Source: Saprolegnia diclina VS20
Taxonomy: Eukaryota
DNA: 64,000 nucleotides
Direction of reading: 5' to 3'
Assembly (NCBI RefSeq): GCF_000281045.1
Contig: NW_008246095.1
Span: 237,087-301,086 of the forward strand
The notes below the pieces were generated by a model. It was not told where the DNA came from, made no database searches, and saw only the letters and a program-made list of their open reading frames with translations. Position 1 is the stretch's first letter. Each line of letters starts with the position of its first letter. The translations under genes were made by a program, and so were the position numbers. Positions 46,996 to 61,040 of the stretch are shown piece after piece.

Positions 46996-47468
46996 GCGAT
47001 CGAAACACTAGTTGTTTCGTGAGCTCGTGGTTTTAGGGCTGGCCTGGCTGTGGACTTAATAACATAATCCAATGCGCACGCAACGGATAGACAAGTCTCT
47101 CCCCACATCCTTTGTCCTCCTCCTGACCTTTGTGGCTCGCCATTGCCTTGATCAGTTGTCCCGGCGTCGTTATACCACCTACGCCCGGAGACTTCTCTGT
47201 CATTAGCTCCTGCACAGGTGGTGAGAGCTCCTGCGTTTGCAGTGCGTGGTCGGCGGACGCAGGTATAGATGGACCTTGGTCGATGATGCGTCCATGAGAT
47301 CTTAATCTCTCCGAGATGCGTCTCCACTGGGGAATGGAATCGAGAGTGAATGCAAGGGACATGGACATGTGTGCCACATTTAGCTGGCGGTAAAAGTGGC
47401 AGGAACGTGCCTTCCGTGGCAGCTGCGCGCTGCGACGATGCTTGCGAACCTCTTGGTCGGGTCGGTAA

Positions 47469-48735
<1,267 letters not shown>

Positions 48736-49201
48736 ACCAACGAATGACCTGCATCTTCTTACCAACCGAGTTCTCTTCCTACGACTTCCGCTAAGCTCGT
48801 AGTTTGCCTCAGGAGACATGCAAGCGCTGGAAAGGGTACGGACGGGAACGGGTACCGGCAGCATTATTCTCGGTCGCGAATGCAAAGCTGCATCGCCTTC
48901 ACTGCAGGCAGACAGCAGGAGGCGGCTGTCGCTGACCGCTCGTCGCATGACAAATGTATTCATGTCGACACCGCCCCTACGACACTGCCGTATGTACAGT
49001 CGGGAGGCTGAGTGTGCGGCTGTGGTTGCTCGGCCGTCCATGAAGAGAGGTTGGCGCTCGCTTCGACCACGTCCGACCATGTTGGACGGCCTTGGTCATG
49101 CCACGATGGGCGGGCCTCGGAGATCGAGGGCTTGGGAGACATTGCACGACAAGGAATCAACGGGCTTGCTTATAAAATAGATCGGGTGGCTATCGTGCGC
49201 T

Positions 49202-49897
49202 CTAAATGTCGTCTTCAAACTCAATGCCCGAGTCGACGTCGTCGTCGTCGTCCATGTCGACGTCGTCGTCGCCCATCTCGACGTCGTCGTTCTCGTCGTC
49301 GCCGGCGGCGTGGTCGTCGCCAATGACAATGTCCGGGTGCAAATTGTCGAGCTGCTTGGCCGCGTTTATTAAGTCTTCTTCGTTCAGGAGGTCGTTGCCG
49401 TCCAGCATGGCCATGTCGGCCATTTGCGACGCCGGCGCCCAATCGATCGGGAACCGCGTCACGCGCGGCTTGTCGGCGAGGATGTTGCGCGCGAGCTTGG
49501 TAATGTCGACGCTCGCCGGCGGGTTTTCAATGAGCGCTGGGTCGCTGTAGTCGTTGTTGACATAGTACCCGACGCGCACAAACTCGCGGCCCTTGTACGC
49601 GCACGTGACGAGCACGACCGTGACGCCAATCTTGTCTTCGTCCGGAATCAGCGACGGGTTCGGCGGCTCGGACTGGAACACAAACTTGTTGGTGCCGACC
49701 GGGACGGGCCCGACGAGGACTTCCTCGAGCACTTGGTCGCGGCTCTCGTCCTCGGCCGACCCGACGTACGTGATCTTCCACTCGAGGTCGTCCTCGAGCG
49801 GGTGGGCGCACTCAAAGGTCACCTCAAACTGGAACGGATTCGTAAACGCCGTCGGGTTGTCGAGCACCGTGATGTTGGTGAGCGTCACGTAGGCCAT
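49202..49897 (-). CDS. ASF1: Histone chaperone ASF1 (intronless)
   Basis: DLEWKITYVGSAE, VLVGPVPVG, EFVRVGYYVNN and PRVTRFPIDW, followed by an acidic tail. Confidence 0.96.
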   Translation of the reverse strand: MAYVTLTNITVLDNPTAFTNPFQFEVTFECAHPLEDDLEWKITYVGSAEDESRDQVLEEVLVGPVPVGTNKFVFQSEPPNPSLIPDEDKIGVTVVLVTCAYKGREFVRVGYYVNNDYSDPALIENPPASVDITKLARNILADKPRVTRFPIDWAPASQMADMAMLDGNDLLNEEDLINAAKQLDNLHPDIVIGDDHAAGDDENDDVEMGDDDVDMDDDDDVDSGIEFEDDI

Positions 49898-50561
49898 TTT
49901 ATGGTCGAGTTGGAAAATGAACAGAAGCAAGGCGGCGGCGACTCCGGATAGCGCGAGGTATCCGGATACCGCAAGCGTTTCGCGCCTCAACGGCGAAAAA
50001 GGCGCCAATCACAATGCTTCGCGCTTTGCAAAGATATCGCGCGGCAGAGGCGACATGGGCCTTTAGGTCTGGGAGGGTTAATAAGACCCGACGAAGAGGG
50101 GGTATCGCGTGGACAGGACTGGTATTCTCCAGCCAGATCTGCGATACGGTTGGTCGGATAGAAGAACTGTGATCTTTTGTGGACGCGTTTTCACATCGTG
50201 GTGAGCGCCATGCCACTGACGATGCAATGATGTGGTACATACACTGCGTCCGCAAGAAGGGACTAGGTTGTTCGTGACAAACAAGTGTTTGCACCCTCGT
50301 CACGGGGCCTAAGTAGTGGAGCACAAACTAATCGCAATTTTTGTCGACCGCTTCGTTTCGGCGCGTATCGTCTAACGGAGGACTTATCGTTGAGGACCAG
50401 CATTGGACGTTGTAGCTATTACCCTAAGGTGGCACGGCACCGATCCGCCACAGACTTGCCTTGAATGAACGCTTGGTGTATTGGCCTCGCTTGCAGCTTG
50501 GTACTGGTAACGTTATGGGACAAAGAAAAATCGAGAGTCGTTTGGCCGAGAGTAGAGGTTG

Positions 50562-52137
50562 TCAATAATTAGGCGTCGACTGAATGAATTTGTCGAGGAG
50601 CACTTGGCGTGGCTGGCGTTTCTGGCGCGCCTTGACTCCAAAGAGGTCGTTGGGGTCGCGAACATCGTCGGTCGTCTTCTTGGCCGTGGACGGCCAGAGC
50701 GCCTGGGACTTGGGCGCTTGCGTGGCCGCTCGTTTGGACTGCAACCAGCCGTTGCTCCCACCGCTACTACTAGTACTTGTCTACACAATGCACTTGGTCA
50801 GCAAAAAGGCAGCACACAATGCGTCGACCGGCGGCGGCTTGGACGAAAACGTGGCACTTGGAAATTGGTTTTCTTTTTGGAGCGGGCTCTTTCTTCGCGG
50901 AACGTTTGGCTGCTCGACGTGCGGCACCGGCGCACAGTACGCCATGTCCTCTAGAGACAAAGATGCGCACGATCGATTGTACTCGAGTGCCGCACCCGAC
51001 TCGGCGTCCGAGACTTCGTCGTTGTCATACGTGGGTGGCAGAGGATTACTGGGGCCGTCTTGCGACGGCTTGAGGCCGTCAGCATAGAGGCTTTCTTGGG
51101 ACGGCGCTTGGATTTCATGGATGCTTTCTTCATCGTACATAAAATCGCCGTCGTTGGCGCGCGTGGGCGGCGCGTGCACCACATCTACATCAAGATCTTA
51201 GTGATGTAGTGTCGGAAGCGCCTACTACCGTCAAAGACAAAGCTGGCTTCGTCGTCGCTGTGGTCGAGGTCCGAGAGCGTCTACATAATCGTGAGCAACC
51301 TCGTGAAGCCAGCCATTTGCAGAACCAAATCGTGAAAGAAGTCATGGGGCATCTCGGTCTCGACGTCGGGCATCGCCACGTTCTCGATAGGTTGGACCAC
51401 GGTGTTTGTAGCCGCAACAGTTGGCGCGAACGCAGGTAACAGCACACCCAAGTCAAACATGGGCGTGTTGGCGTCGTCGGGCGACCGCGGCTCGGGCAGC
51501 GGCGGCCGCCGGATCGGAGTCGCCGCGTTGGTTGGACTCGCTACACGCCGGCGCTTTGGCGGCGTCTGTGAGGAAGGAAAAGCGCCACTCCGGTTGTACA
51601 GTGCGCGGTTCTCATCCATTCGGGCTTCGGCCTCGACGAAGAGCGCAATCGCCGCCGCCTCGAGCCGGAGAGCCTCCCGAAAGTACGCTGTAGTCTCGAC
51701 GTTGTAGTTTTGCGCGTTGTTGAAGACGATGACGACGTCCAGCTTGAAAGCGTCAAAGCTATCGTACTCGTGGCGTGTGATCTTCTACGCCGATGCGTGA
51801 GCCCTCTGATCGTCGTCGATCAAGTGGCAGGCGTACCGTCTGGATCGTAGCAAAGTCCATGGGCGTCGCAATCTTCTCGAGGTAATCAGGCACCTACGTA
51901 ATATGGGCGATGAGGTGTGGAGAGCCGCGCCATACATGTACCGCGGACGTGTCGACGGGCTGGCCGAAGAAGTCGTACGCGTCCTTCTTTACGAGTTCCC
52001 GTAGCACATGCAGCATCATTTCTTGGGCCATCTACCAAGGCCATCGTCATCATCTTGCAACCTGCGCAGGAAGCATCCACCTTCTTCGGGTCCGTCCCGC
52101 GCGCCCGCTGACTGCGCAAGCTCTCTCGCGCCGCCAT
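50562..52137 (-). CDS. Bromodomain-containing protein, multi-exon
   Basis: Spliced DAYDFFGQPVD..VPDYLEKIATPMDFATI..YDSFDAFKLDVVIVFNNAQNYN retains the acetyl-lysine-binding Asn. The low-complexity C-terminus and 3' end are uncertain. Confidence 0.82.
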
Positions 52138-52277
52138 CTTGATACCGCTATGAACTCGCCTGCCTTCCCACGCAAAAGTTATCCGGATGCAATACCGGAT
52201 ACGTGTTCCCGCCCGGCCTGAAACAAGGCGCGTGCCTGATTTTGGCGCCACGCGGGGACCTTTTTCGGCTTTTGTAC

Positions 52278-52354
52278 TTTGTCCTGATTTTGTTTTTTGT
52301 CCTTTATTTTGTCCCAAATCGACCGATTTGTCCTCCTAATTTGACGTTTTGTCC
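52278..52354. repeat. Cluster of five TTTGTCC heptamers
   Basis: TTTGTCC at 52278, 52296, 52308, 52327 and 52348. Confidence 0.75.
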
Positions 52355-53031
52355 GGAACGTGCAACCTCGGCACTTGCAGACGACCCCGCAGAGCTACCC
52401 CGCAGACCCACGCAGGATGCGTCGACGCAGGGTGCAGAGCCAGACACGTACGAATCATGACGAGGGTGGACTGTCTTCGTCCATACGGGTGTCTCTTCGA
52501 GAGAATAATGCTTCGGCGCCGCCGCGGAGCTGGTCTCGCACGGCTCACACGTCGACCCACGAGTCATCGCGTATCTGAGAACGCGGCGCGTCATGGCGTC
52601 TCGTCGTTTGCAACAGGAAGGATGGAGAACGCGACGAGGAAGGTTGTAGTGGGGGCGGGAGTAGCCAGCATCGCGGCAACGTCTATACAGAGGACGGACT
52701 TTAGTCGCTCGTCCCTACGGCCACCGCCTCAGCAGCTGATCACATTGGACAAGGACGCGGACCAGAGCTGGTCGCGTGTGAAAAGCTAGACAGGACCGCG
52801 TACAGTAATGGCCGAGCCCACCACCGGGGCAAGTGAGTGAGTCTGGCATTTTCAAAGTGGTCTGGTGTTTGTGATTGGTTGCCGACCTGATGGGGCGAGC
52901 GTGTGTCACCGACGCGCCGGATGAGTCACTCGGAGGTGGATCGTGCAGCGCGACATGCAAACGTTCGTGTCCAAACCAGCGGGATTCGATCAAAGGCAGG
53001 GGATAGATGTTAAATAGCATGTTATGTAAGC

Positions 53032-54000
53032 TCAGCAGACGGCGGGGCTTTCGTTGTTGGAGATGCAGAGTTCGCGGTGGTGCTGCGTGCAGTAGCCCTC
53101 ACACTTGATACGCGCGAGGCGGTTGCAATAGCCTTGGCGGCACACCTTGTCCTTTCGGTGCACTTCGCAGTAGCCGCCACCGCGGTCGGCGCGCACGCAG
53201 CCGTCGACCATGCACTTGGCTTTGCCGCCGTGTTGGGCGCAGGTGCTGCCTCGCTGGGCGCCGCGCGGACACCCGTCGACACTGCAGCGCTTCCCGCCGC
53301 CGTGGCGCCGGCAAAAGCCCCCGCCTTGACTGCTCTTGTTGCACCCGTCAAACTTGCAGCGGACGCCGCCGCCGTGTGCTTTGCAGAGACCTTGCGACTG
53401 CGTGGCTTTCGAGCAGCCCGGGAACCGGCACCGCTTGCCACCGCCGTGCCCAATACAGAGGTTGCCGCCTTGCACGCCCTTGGGGCAGCCTGGCACGTCG
53501 CACCGCCGAGCGCCGCCGTGCACCTTGCAGTAGCCACGATGCTTGACCGGCTGGTGGCACTGGGCGTCGAGGCACTCGCCGCGCACCTCATCGATCGTCG
53601 CGTGCGTCGGCGACGTCACCGGGGGTGCCACGAACATGGGTGGTGGTGGGGCATGATGTACGGGGCTTGGCGCCGCGTACTCGTAACGCAGCTCTGGTTT
53701 CTGAAGTAGCCACGAGGCCGGTGGCAGGCGCGGACGGTGGGCGAGCGGCGTGGCTGCGGGCGACGCGTAGCTCGGCTCGTAGTGTGGGAAGGGCGGCGGA
53801 AGCGCATAGACGGTCGTCGACTCGTGGCGAGGCGTCGTGAACACGGGCGACCGCTCCGGTTCGCCACGGTACGGAAAAGGGGCGAGCGGCGTCAGTGGTC
53901 GCGACTGCTTCATCTGCTCCGCGATCGACGGCGACAAAGTCGACGTGAGCGGCGGCAGTAGCATCGGTCGGCCAAAGGCCGGTGGCGCGGCCAGCGTCAT
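53032..54000 (-). CDS. WRKY19-like tandem CCCH-GGG zinc-finger protein
   Basis: Pro-rich N-terminus followed by seven units of about 24 aa, C-x4-C-x9-C-x2-H(GGG). The last unit is slightly longer. Confidence 0.85.
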   Translation of the reverse strand: MTLAAPPAFGRPMLLPPLTSTLSPSIAEQMKQSRPLTPLAPFPYRGEPERSPVFTTPRHESTTVYALPPPFPHYEPSYASPAATPLAHRPRLPPASWLLQKPELRYEYAAPSPVHHAPPPPMFVAPPVTSPTHATIDEVRGECLDAQCHQPVKHRGYCKVHGGARRCDVPGCPKGVQGGNLCIGHGGGKRCRFPGCSKATQSQGLCKAHGGGVRCKFDGCNKSSQGGGFCRRHGGGKRCSVDGCPRGAQRGSTCAQHGGKAKCMVDGCVRADRGGGYCEVHRKDKVCRQGYCNRLARIKCEGYCTQHHRELCISNNESPAVC

Positions 54001-54022
54001 CACTTGACGAATGCTCTCTACG

Positions 54023-54038
54023 GCAAAATGCGAAATGA
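54023..54038 (-). promoter_or_regulatory. Oomycete Inr+FPR core promoter
   Basis: Minus-strand TCATTTCGCATTTTGC lies 23-38 nt upstream of the ATG at 54000. Confidence 0.7.
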
Positions 54039-54507
54039 TCGCCGGTCCCCGCAAACTGGGTCATCATCGCACGTCTCAGTATGCTCCTGTTTACGTAGCA
54101 GCGGACGGTGTGGCGGACATTCGCTTAGCCAAGTACAGTCACCGTGGGATGATAGCCCACCATTTGCTGTTTTCATCTGAGAATGTACTTGGTTCGCGCA
54201 ATGGGTCACAATTGACATCAGAACGCTGGGTAGAGAAGAAGGGCGCGCGATATGTCCCTACGAACCAAGGCGAGTTCCTTTGCCGTTAATAAAATACCTC
54301 ATTTTATTTCATGCTTCTTGCCGACCATAGATTTGGACTCTGCTGTGTGTTGAGTCGAATATTAATATTTCGAATCACGTGCGTAGACAGGTCGCCCTAA
54401 GCCCAGCACGACCACCTGGATTATGCAAGCGCAACTCAGCTTGGCTCGATGACTCGGCCCGATTGCACGTCGTCGTGCTCCACTCCCCGCATTTACTTCT
54501 ACAGTGT

Positions 54508-54553
54508 ATTTTACATTAATAAATTCCTCCATTTTACATAAATAAATTCCTCC
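54508..54553. repeat. Tandem duplication, 2 x 23 bp
   Basis: ATTTTACATTAATAAATTCCTCC followed by ATTTTACATAAATAAATTCCTCC (one mismatch). Confidence 0.85.
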
Positions 54554-54791
54554 ATCTTGACGACAAAGAATGGCTGCGGCAATGTGGGTTCGAACCACCC
54601 ACCGTGCGCGCGGAGGATGCCAGTTGCCGGTTCCATGACGGCCCCGCGCCCGACTGTCTCTACCTGGCCCGACGGTCGTGCGTCACAATATCGGACGGCG
54701 CGTCTAAAGTTCTGCCTCAGTGTTGCGTCACCTCGGTGCTTGAGTTATGCAAACGGCAAGATTCCATTATCTTGTATGAGGTCGGTGCTAA

Positions 54792-57700
54792 CTAGCCAAG
54801 CAGCGAACCGACCTTGTGGGCGAGGACCGTGTGCAGCGCGTTGCGCACGTCCTTGTCGTTGGTCTTGATGAGGTCGATGAGCAGCGGGTACAGCCACTGG
54901 ACGTGGCGCTTCCACTCGTCCGTCGGCAATGCCTCGAGCGCAATTAGGATATCGACGACCGCCGGCACGTAGCTGATGGACCGCCACTGTTCGTCGAGCG
55001 TCACGTCGGTCTCCGATTCCGTTTCGGCGCTGCTGCTGTTGTGGCGGCTCCATTGCAAGTATTCGCAGAGCACGCGCTTGACCAAGCTATGCGCAATATA
55101 AGACATGCCATCCCGCATCAGATACGTACTCTGTCATTTGGCGGCGCGCGTCGGCCTTCTTGGCCTCGTCAGTCGTGTGCAAGAGGAGGCTGAAGAGCAC
55201 CTTGAGGTACTCGCGCTTCCCGTTCATCTCTTGGGGCAGCAGATTGGACTTGAGGTCCGCCTCGGACTTGGCCATCGGGTAGACCCAGCCCGCGCGCGTC
55301 AGCGTCGTGCGCACGTCCATGCGGTCGTTCACCTTGCGCGCAAAGACGTAGCTCTCACGCAGAGTCTGCATGAGCGCGTCAAAGTGGCCGTCCGAGACGG
55401 CGAGGGATGCCGGGAGCTTGCTCGAGAGCACGTGGCCGATCGCAACTTGCAGCGAGAGGTGCACGAGCAGGTGGTTCTTGCTCGGGTACCCCGTCGCCGG
55501 CCGCTCTTCGTCCGTGCGCGGGAGCGAGTGAAATCGAAAGTTGAGCGCTGACAGGACGCTTGGATACATGGAAATGAACGTCGGCGGGTACGTCTCTTTG
55601 CGCGACCGCGGCGAAAACAAGATGGGCGCGGTCGCCCGGGGCGATGCAATGGCCGGCGCATCGGCCAGCACCCTACGTACCAAAAGCTTACACCAGAGAT
55701 CGTCCAGTCGCAGGCATACCACGTGGGCTGGGTGAGTTGCATCACATGGCGAAGCTCGTCGGCAATGAGGCCCCATACATTCTCGGGAAACTTGCTGCCG
55801 TGCGTGACGAGCAGCGTCTCGAGCGTCGAAGCAGCCGCGCACGCCAGATCTGCACAGTTGATCAATCAGTCGCAGGATCGAACCAGGAGGTATGAATACC
55901 TGCTTCCGACTCGTCGACCATGCAGGCAGAGAGCGCAAAGAGGAGCTCGGGCAGGAACCCGATCGCGTCGTAGTAGACACCAAAGAGGTGGGCGACCTTG
56001 AGCAGCGCCATCTTGCTCGTGCTTGTCGCCGCGCTGCCTTTGGCGTCCGGCCACGTCGACTCGAGCACGCGAATGTCGCCAATCTAGTCACATCAAATAT
56101 AAGCTTTCTCCACCACATCTGAGATATTCGTACCAGCGGAATCAAAACGCCTTTGAAGACAATGCTCCAGAGCCCCGGCGAGAGCTTGGGGCCATGTCGG
56201 TGCAGGGAGCTAAAGAGCGTGTCGAGCGCCATCACGCGCACGTTGACGCGCTTGTCGCAGCTGAGGGTTGAGAGCGCCGTCAAGATCGGCCACCTACAAG
56301 GCATCAACGGTCGCAGATTGCATTTAATATGTGGCTGTATACCAAAGGCGCGTGTGCAGCTGCGAATCCGTGTAAATGGCCGTGACAGGCGTCACGCGCG
56401 GTGACATGGGCGCGTCACTCACGAGGTCGTCGGCCGATTCTTCCTTTTGGTACCGGATCGCGTCCTCGTTGGCGCTATTGAGCACGTGCGTGCGCAGTGC
56501 GAGCTGCGAGCGGAACGTCGTGCGCTTGGCCGGCGAGTCGGTTTGCACTTGTTCGATGACGTGGCCCGTCGCGAGCTGCGAGAGACAGACCTCGAGCACG
56601 TGAATGGCTTCCTTCGCCATCTTGGTCAAGTTGCTAGTGGCCGCCACGTCGGACGCTTCTTCCACGCCGCAGACAGCAAACGCCAGTAAACACTCGATCG
56701 CGTCGACAAAGACCGAGACCTACCCCCACATATTGGATAGATATATCGGATAGAAGCGGTACCACGCGGTCAAAGTGCGTCTCGAGAATCATTTTGGAAA
56801 TCGCAAACCCCATCTGTACAATGTGGTCGTCGCCGTCCAAGTGGTCGTACGTCTCGGCCGCGACGCGGAGGACGCCCCAGATCGTCTTCCAGCCCGACTT
56901 GATGTTGCGCACGCGGCCCAGAATCATGTTTTGAACACAGCTACACCACGGAAAGTGAGCAGGCGATGGAATCGCATGCGTACCTCAACACGAGCTCGCG
57001 GATCTCCATCGACATGGCGTTGGCCATGATAATCTCAAACGGCGTCAAAAAGAGACGCTGAAAGTTGAAGTCGCGGAGCTCGTCCTTCTCGAGAAACTTC
57101 ATGCTGAGCTGCTTGAGCGAGTCGATCGCGTACATGGCGATGCTCAGATTGTCGTCGCAGCCAATCGCTGTAAAGTGGCGCGAGAGCACTACAGACACCA
57201 CGTGAGCACGCGGCGGATAAGAGAGCGGTAAGGATTACCCTTCCACATAGCAGCCCACACGACGCGAGACCGGGCGTGCATGTTCATGTCGGCGACTTCG
57301 ACGAGCTTCTGGAGCGAAAAGACGCGGGGCGCGGCGCTCTGGTTCATGTCGCGCGAGCTCAAGACCTATGGCATCCATCTCTGAATGCCATACAAGAAAG
57401 ACTGACAACGTACGCGACCAGAGACGCCGGCACACTCGGTGAGCGAGACGACGCACAGCTGCAAAAGAAATTCTTGGATCGCGGCGTTGCTCAAGTGCAC
57501 GCTCGAGCTAAAGACGCGGTCGACCTGGAGCGGGTCGATCTCGGCCGTGACGCGCGCCGCGTTCTCCTCTTCGAGCGCCGCGTGCGAGATAAGCATGTCT
57601 TCAAGCGTCGACGGTGATGGCGACGGCGTGCCCGCAACCCCAAGCACACCGTTGGCCACGCTGCTCCGTGCAAAAAGCTTGAACGAGCCACCGACTAGAC

Positions 57701-60700
57701 ACATGGAACAGTCAGAGATTCGACATGCACACCGATAGTTGGTATTGCGTACGTCCGGGCGTCGCGAGGCTTGGCGCCGGCGTCGTCGTCTGCTTGAAAA
57801 AATGCGGGTCGGTGCCCGCCCCTTCGGCCACCGCTTGGAGCCGCGAGAGGTGCGAAAGGCATTGCAAAATCTCGCGCTACACACGATTCGCACTCGCGGG
57901 CATAGTATTGAGAGACAGCACGTACCCACGCATCCCCGAGGTGGTTGCCTTCCTTGACGGCGACAGCGACCACCGCCTTGATCGCTTCGACGTGCTTGGC
58001 CTTGATTTCGCGCGAGTTGGACGTCGAGAGACCCGTAAACTTGGCGAGGATCGACACGAACGCATCGCGCTCCGACGGCATGTTGAGCCTACGCGACCAT
58101 TGGTCGGTATGGACATGGTCAGGTAGTCTACCGAGAGCTGAGGTGGATCGCGTGCTTGAAGCTGTCGAGGCACAAGGCGACGGCGCTCGCTTGGTCGCAC
58201 GTCTCGAAAATGACGCTGCAGCATGCCAAGAGCGGCGCCCAGACAATCTCAAACATCGGGCGCACGTACGACACTTCGGTTTGCTCGGTGATGAGTTGAA
58301 AAGCCACTGCGCCGCCGGCGGGTTGCATCTTGTTGCTGCCGCTGCCGTGGCGCGGAGTCGAGGCCGGAATGCGCCGCTTGAAGATGGCTTCCGACTGCTT
58401 GACCATCGCCTCGCGCTCTTTGCCGTAGGCTTCGCGGCGCTGCTTGTCGGTCGACTGGACGTTGCCGTTTTGAGGCGTAAACTTCTTTTGCAGATCGAGG
58501 TCCTCCTTGAGCGAAATCGGCGTCTCCTTGATGCGGTCGTAGATACCACTGAGAAACTCGGGCGGGAGGTCTTCGCCGTTGTTGATACCGCGGTTGTTGC
58601 CGATGAATTGGTGCTTCTTCATCTTCTTTTCTTCCACGACACTCGGGTTGTGCAGATCCTACAGGCAATCCCTTATAAAAATTGCCCCAAACCATAAAAA
58701 ATCAAGCCAAACCGTACCGTTTGGAGCATAATGATCGAGAAACTCAGAATGAACGCCGTGTCGGCCGACGTAAAGACACCCGGATTATGGTAGCAAAACC
58801 GCTCGGCAAACTTTTCCATCATGCGGTCAATCTTTTGGGACTCGCCGGGCAGGCGGAAACCGGCGAGGAAATGGCGGATCGCCACGTCAATCTCCATGCC
58901 GCTACACAAAACAGTAATATCCATCAGTATCCATACTATCCACAAGTATCCGTAGATCGATACAACGTACCCGAAATCCATCACGTCGACGAATTCGTGC
59001 AGCACCTTGAGGCAAAACCCGTTCTGGTACTGCACTTCTTTTCCGAGGTAGTCGCCGACCATTGTCTTGTCCAAGCGTGCGTTGTGCTCGTGGATGAATC
59101 GGGCCACGTCCTTGGGTGCGTTCTCCATGTGGCCACGCGCGACGAGGAACTTGATGCCGTCCGTCGGCTTGAGGTTAAACTTGAGAATCCCTTCCGCAAG
59201 CTCTTCTTGGAGCTTCTTCTTGCGGTCAAACGCCTCGACAGGCGACAAGTGGTGCGGCGTCGTTGGCGCGACCGGTGCTGCCTTTTCAGCACCCGTGCCT
59301 TCGTCATCGTCCGAGTCGTCGCCTACATGCGATATATAAACAACATGCAAAGCCGATGAGAAGAAATGACGTACGGGCTTCGAGCTCTTCCTTTTCCTTC
59401 TTGTCTTGGGCTGTGAAATTGGCCGAGTTCTTGAGCGACGCGACCGTCGCCGTCAAGCAGTCGAGGCCCTTGATGACGAGCATCGTCTCGGGCAAGATCG
59501 CGCCACGGACCTTTTGGTTGGCGCCGTTGGCGTTGGCGCCCGGCGCGTCCTTCTTGCCCTTGGCGATCTTGGAAATTGCATTCACAATGCGCTTGAAGAG
59601 GTCCATTGAGTTCCAATCGCAGTCGTAGTTGAGAAAAATCTCGCCGAGAATCGACCCGTCGGCGCAGATTTGCTTGAGCACTTCGAGCACGAGCAGTTTG
59701 TGGTCCAAGCTCGAGTTTTCGCTTTCGAGAATACCGAGAAAGATGTTGGTGATAAACACTTCAATCTCGGCCTTGAGGTGCGCTTTGAAGTGCGCAATGA
59801 GCTCGACAAAGACGCGGAGACTCAGCTCGACGATCTGCGTGTAGTTGGACGTGCAGTTTTGCAGCAGCGACACGCAGAGGTACTGCCGCACGAGCTGGAG
59901 AAACTTGTCGCTGCTCCGGAACGCCGGACCGCTGTGGTTGAGAATTGAGAGGAGCAAGTCGAGCGACACGAGCTTGCTCTGGAACGCAAACGGGTCGTCC
60001 GCACCTTGGTTCGGGCCCGCGCTCGCCATGCTGGTCGTTGCCGCGGCGTCTTCGGCCAGCGACCGCATCGAAATGCGGCAGAGCGACCGGAAGAGCAAGA
60101 AGGCGTCCTTCTGGAACGGGGACGTAAAGGCGTTCGAGGGCGCAGGCGTCGAGGACGGCGCATCGTCATCGGTGGCAAGGGCTTCGAGGCCGAGCGATGG
60201 CGCCTTCGTAAGAGTTTCATGGTACTCGATCTGCAGGCAGCGCATGACATCTGTACATGGGTATAAGGGCCACGCGTAGAGAGATAATGTGATACCAGGG
60301 TACATGGGCTGGTTGGCCGATGCAACAAAGAGCTTGTCCATGCTGGACGACGACTCGCTGCGCTGCGTCGCAATCGCAGCTTCGTGGATCTCACGCGGCG
60401 GCTTGGCCTCGTTGGGCTTGGCGGACCGCGCGGCTTCCTCTTCGACCAACTCCATGCGCTGGAAGACGACGCTGACCATTTGCTGCAGTGTCGCCTTGGC
60501 GACCGTTTGGTTCATCGTGTTCTTGCTCACGAGGTGGATGTGGTAGCACGCGCGGACCGACTTGAGGAGCGAGTGTTCGTGGACCTCGCACTTTTGGCTC
60601 GTGACGGCTTGCAGCACGGCCTTGAGCACTTGAAGCTGGACCTCTTCGTCGTGGTGGTCGTTGCAGCTGCAAATCGCAGTCACGACTGCGTCCATGAGCG

Positions 60701-61040
60701 TGACTTTGGCGGTCGCCTCGTCCGTGTCCTTGTCTTTGGCGGGTCCCATGGGCAGCTTCTCGGCGATCGCCGGGGTCACGCTTCCGCTGCCGCGGAGGTA
60801 CCCGTACGAGATGAGCTTCTCGATGCAGTCGAGCGCCTGCGACGCCTGCTTGGGCTGGCGCCCCTGGATCGCGAGGAGGAGCGGCCAGAAGACCTCGGCC
60901 TCCTCGAGGTGGCTCGGGCCCGCGCTCTTGGCGGACGCGATCTTGGTCAGGATCGCGTCGCAGGCTTCGCGCAGGTCGCGCTGGCTGCGGCCCGTGAGCT
61001 TGCGTATCTTGGTCAACGAGCGCTCGACTAAGGTGTCCAT
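54792..61040 (-). CDS. BIG/Sec7-type large ARF guanine-nucleotide exchange factor, multi-exon
   Basis: DCB (ALDCIEKLISYG), HUS box (FLNYDCD), Sec7 Glu finger FRLPGESQKIDRMMEKF, and HDS regions (YAIDSLKQLSMKFLEKDEL, NIKSGWK). Confidence 0.93.

Noticed and set aside
54354..54372. AT-rich palindrome AATATTAATATT and the nearby 23-bp tandem duplication as possible transposon ends
   Set aside because: There are no paired terminal inverted repeats, target-site duplication or transposase remnant.
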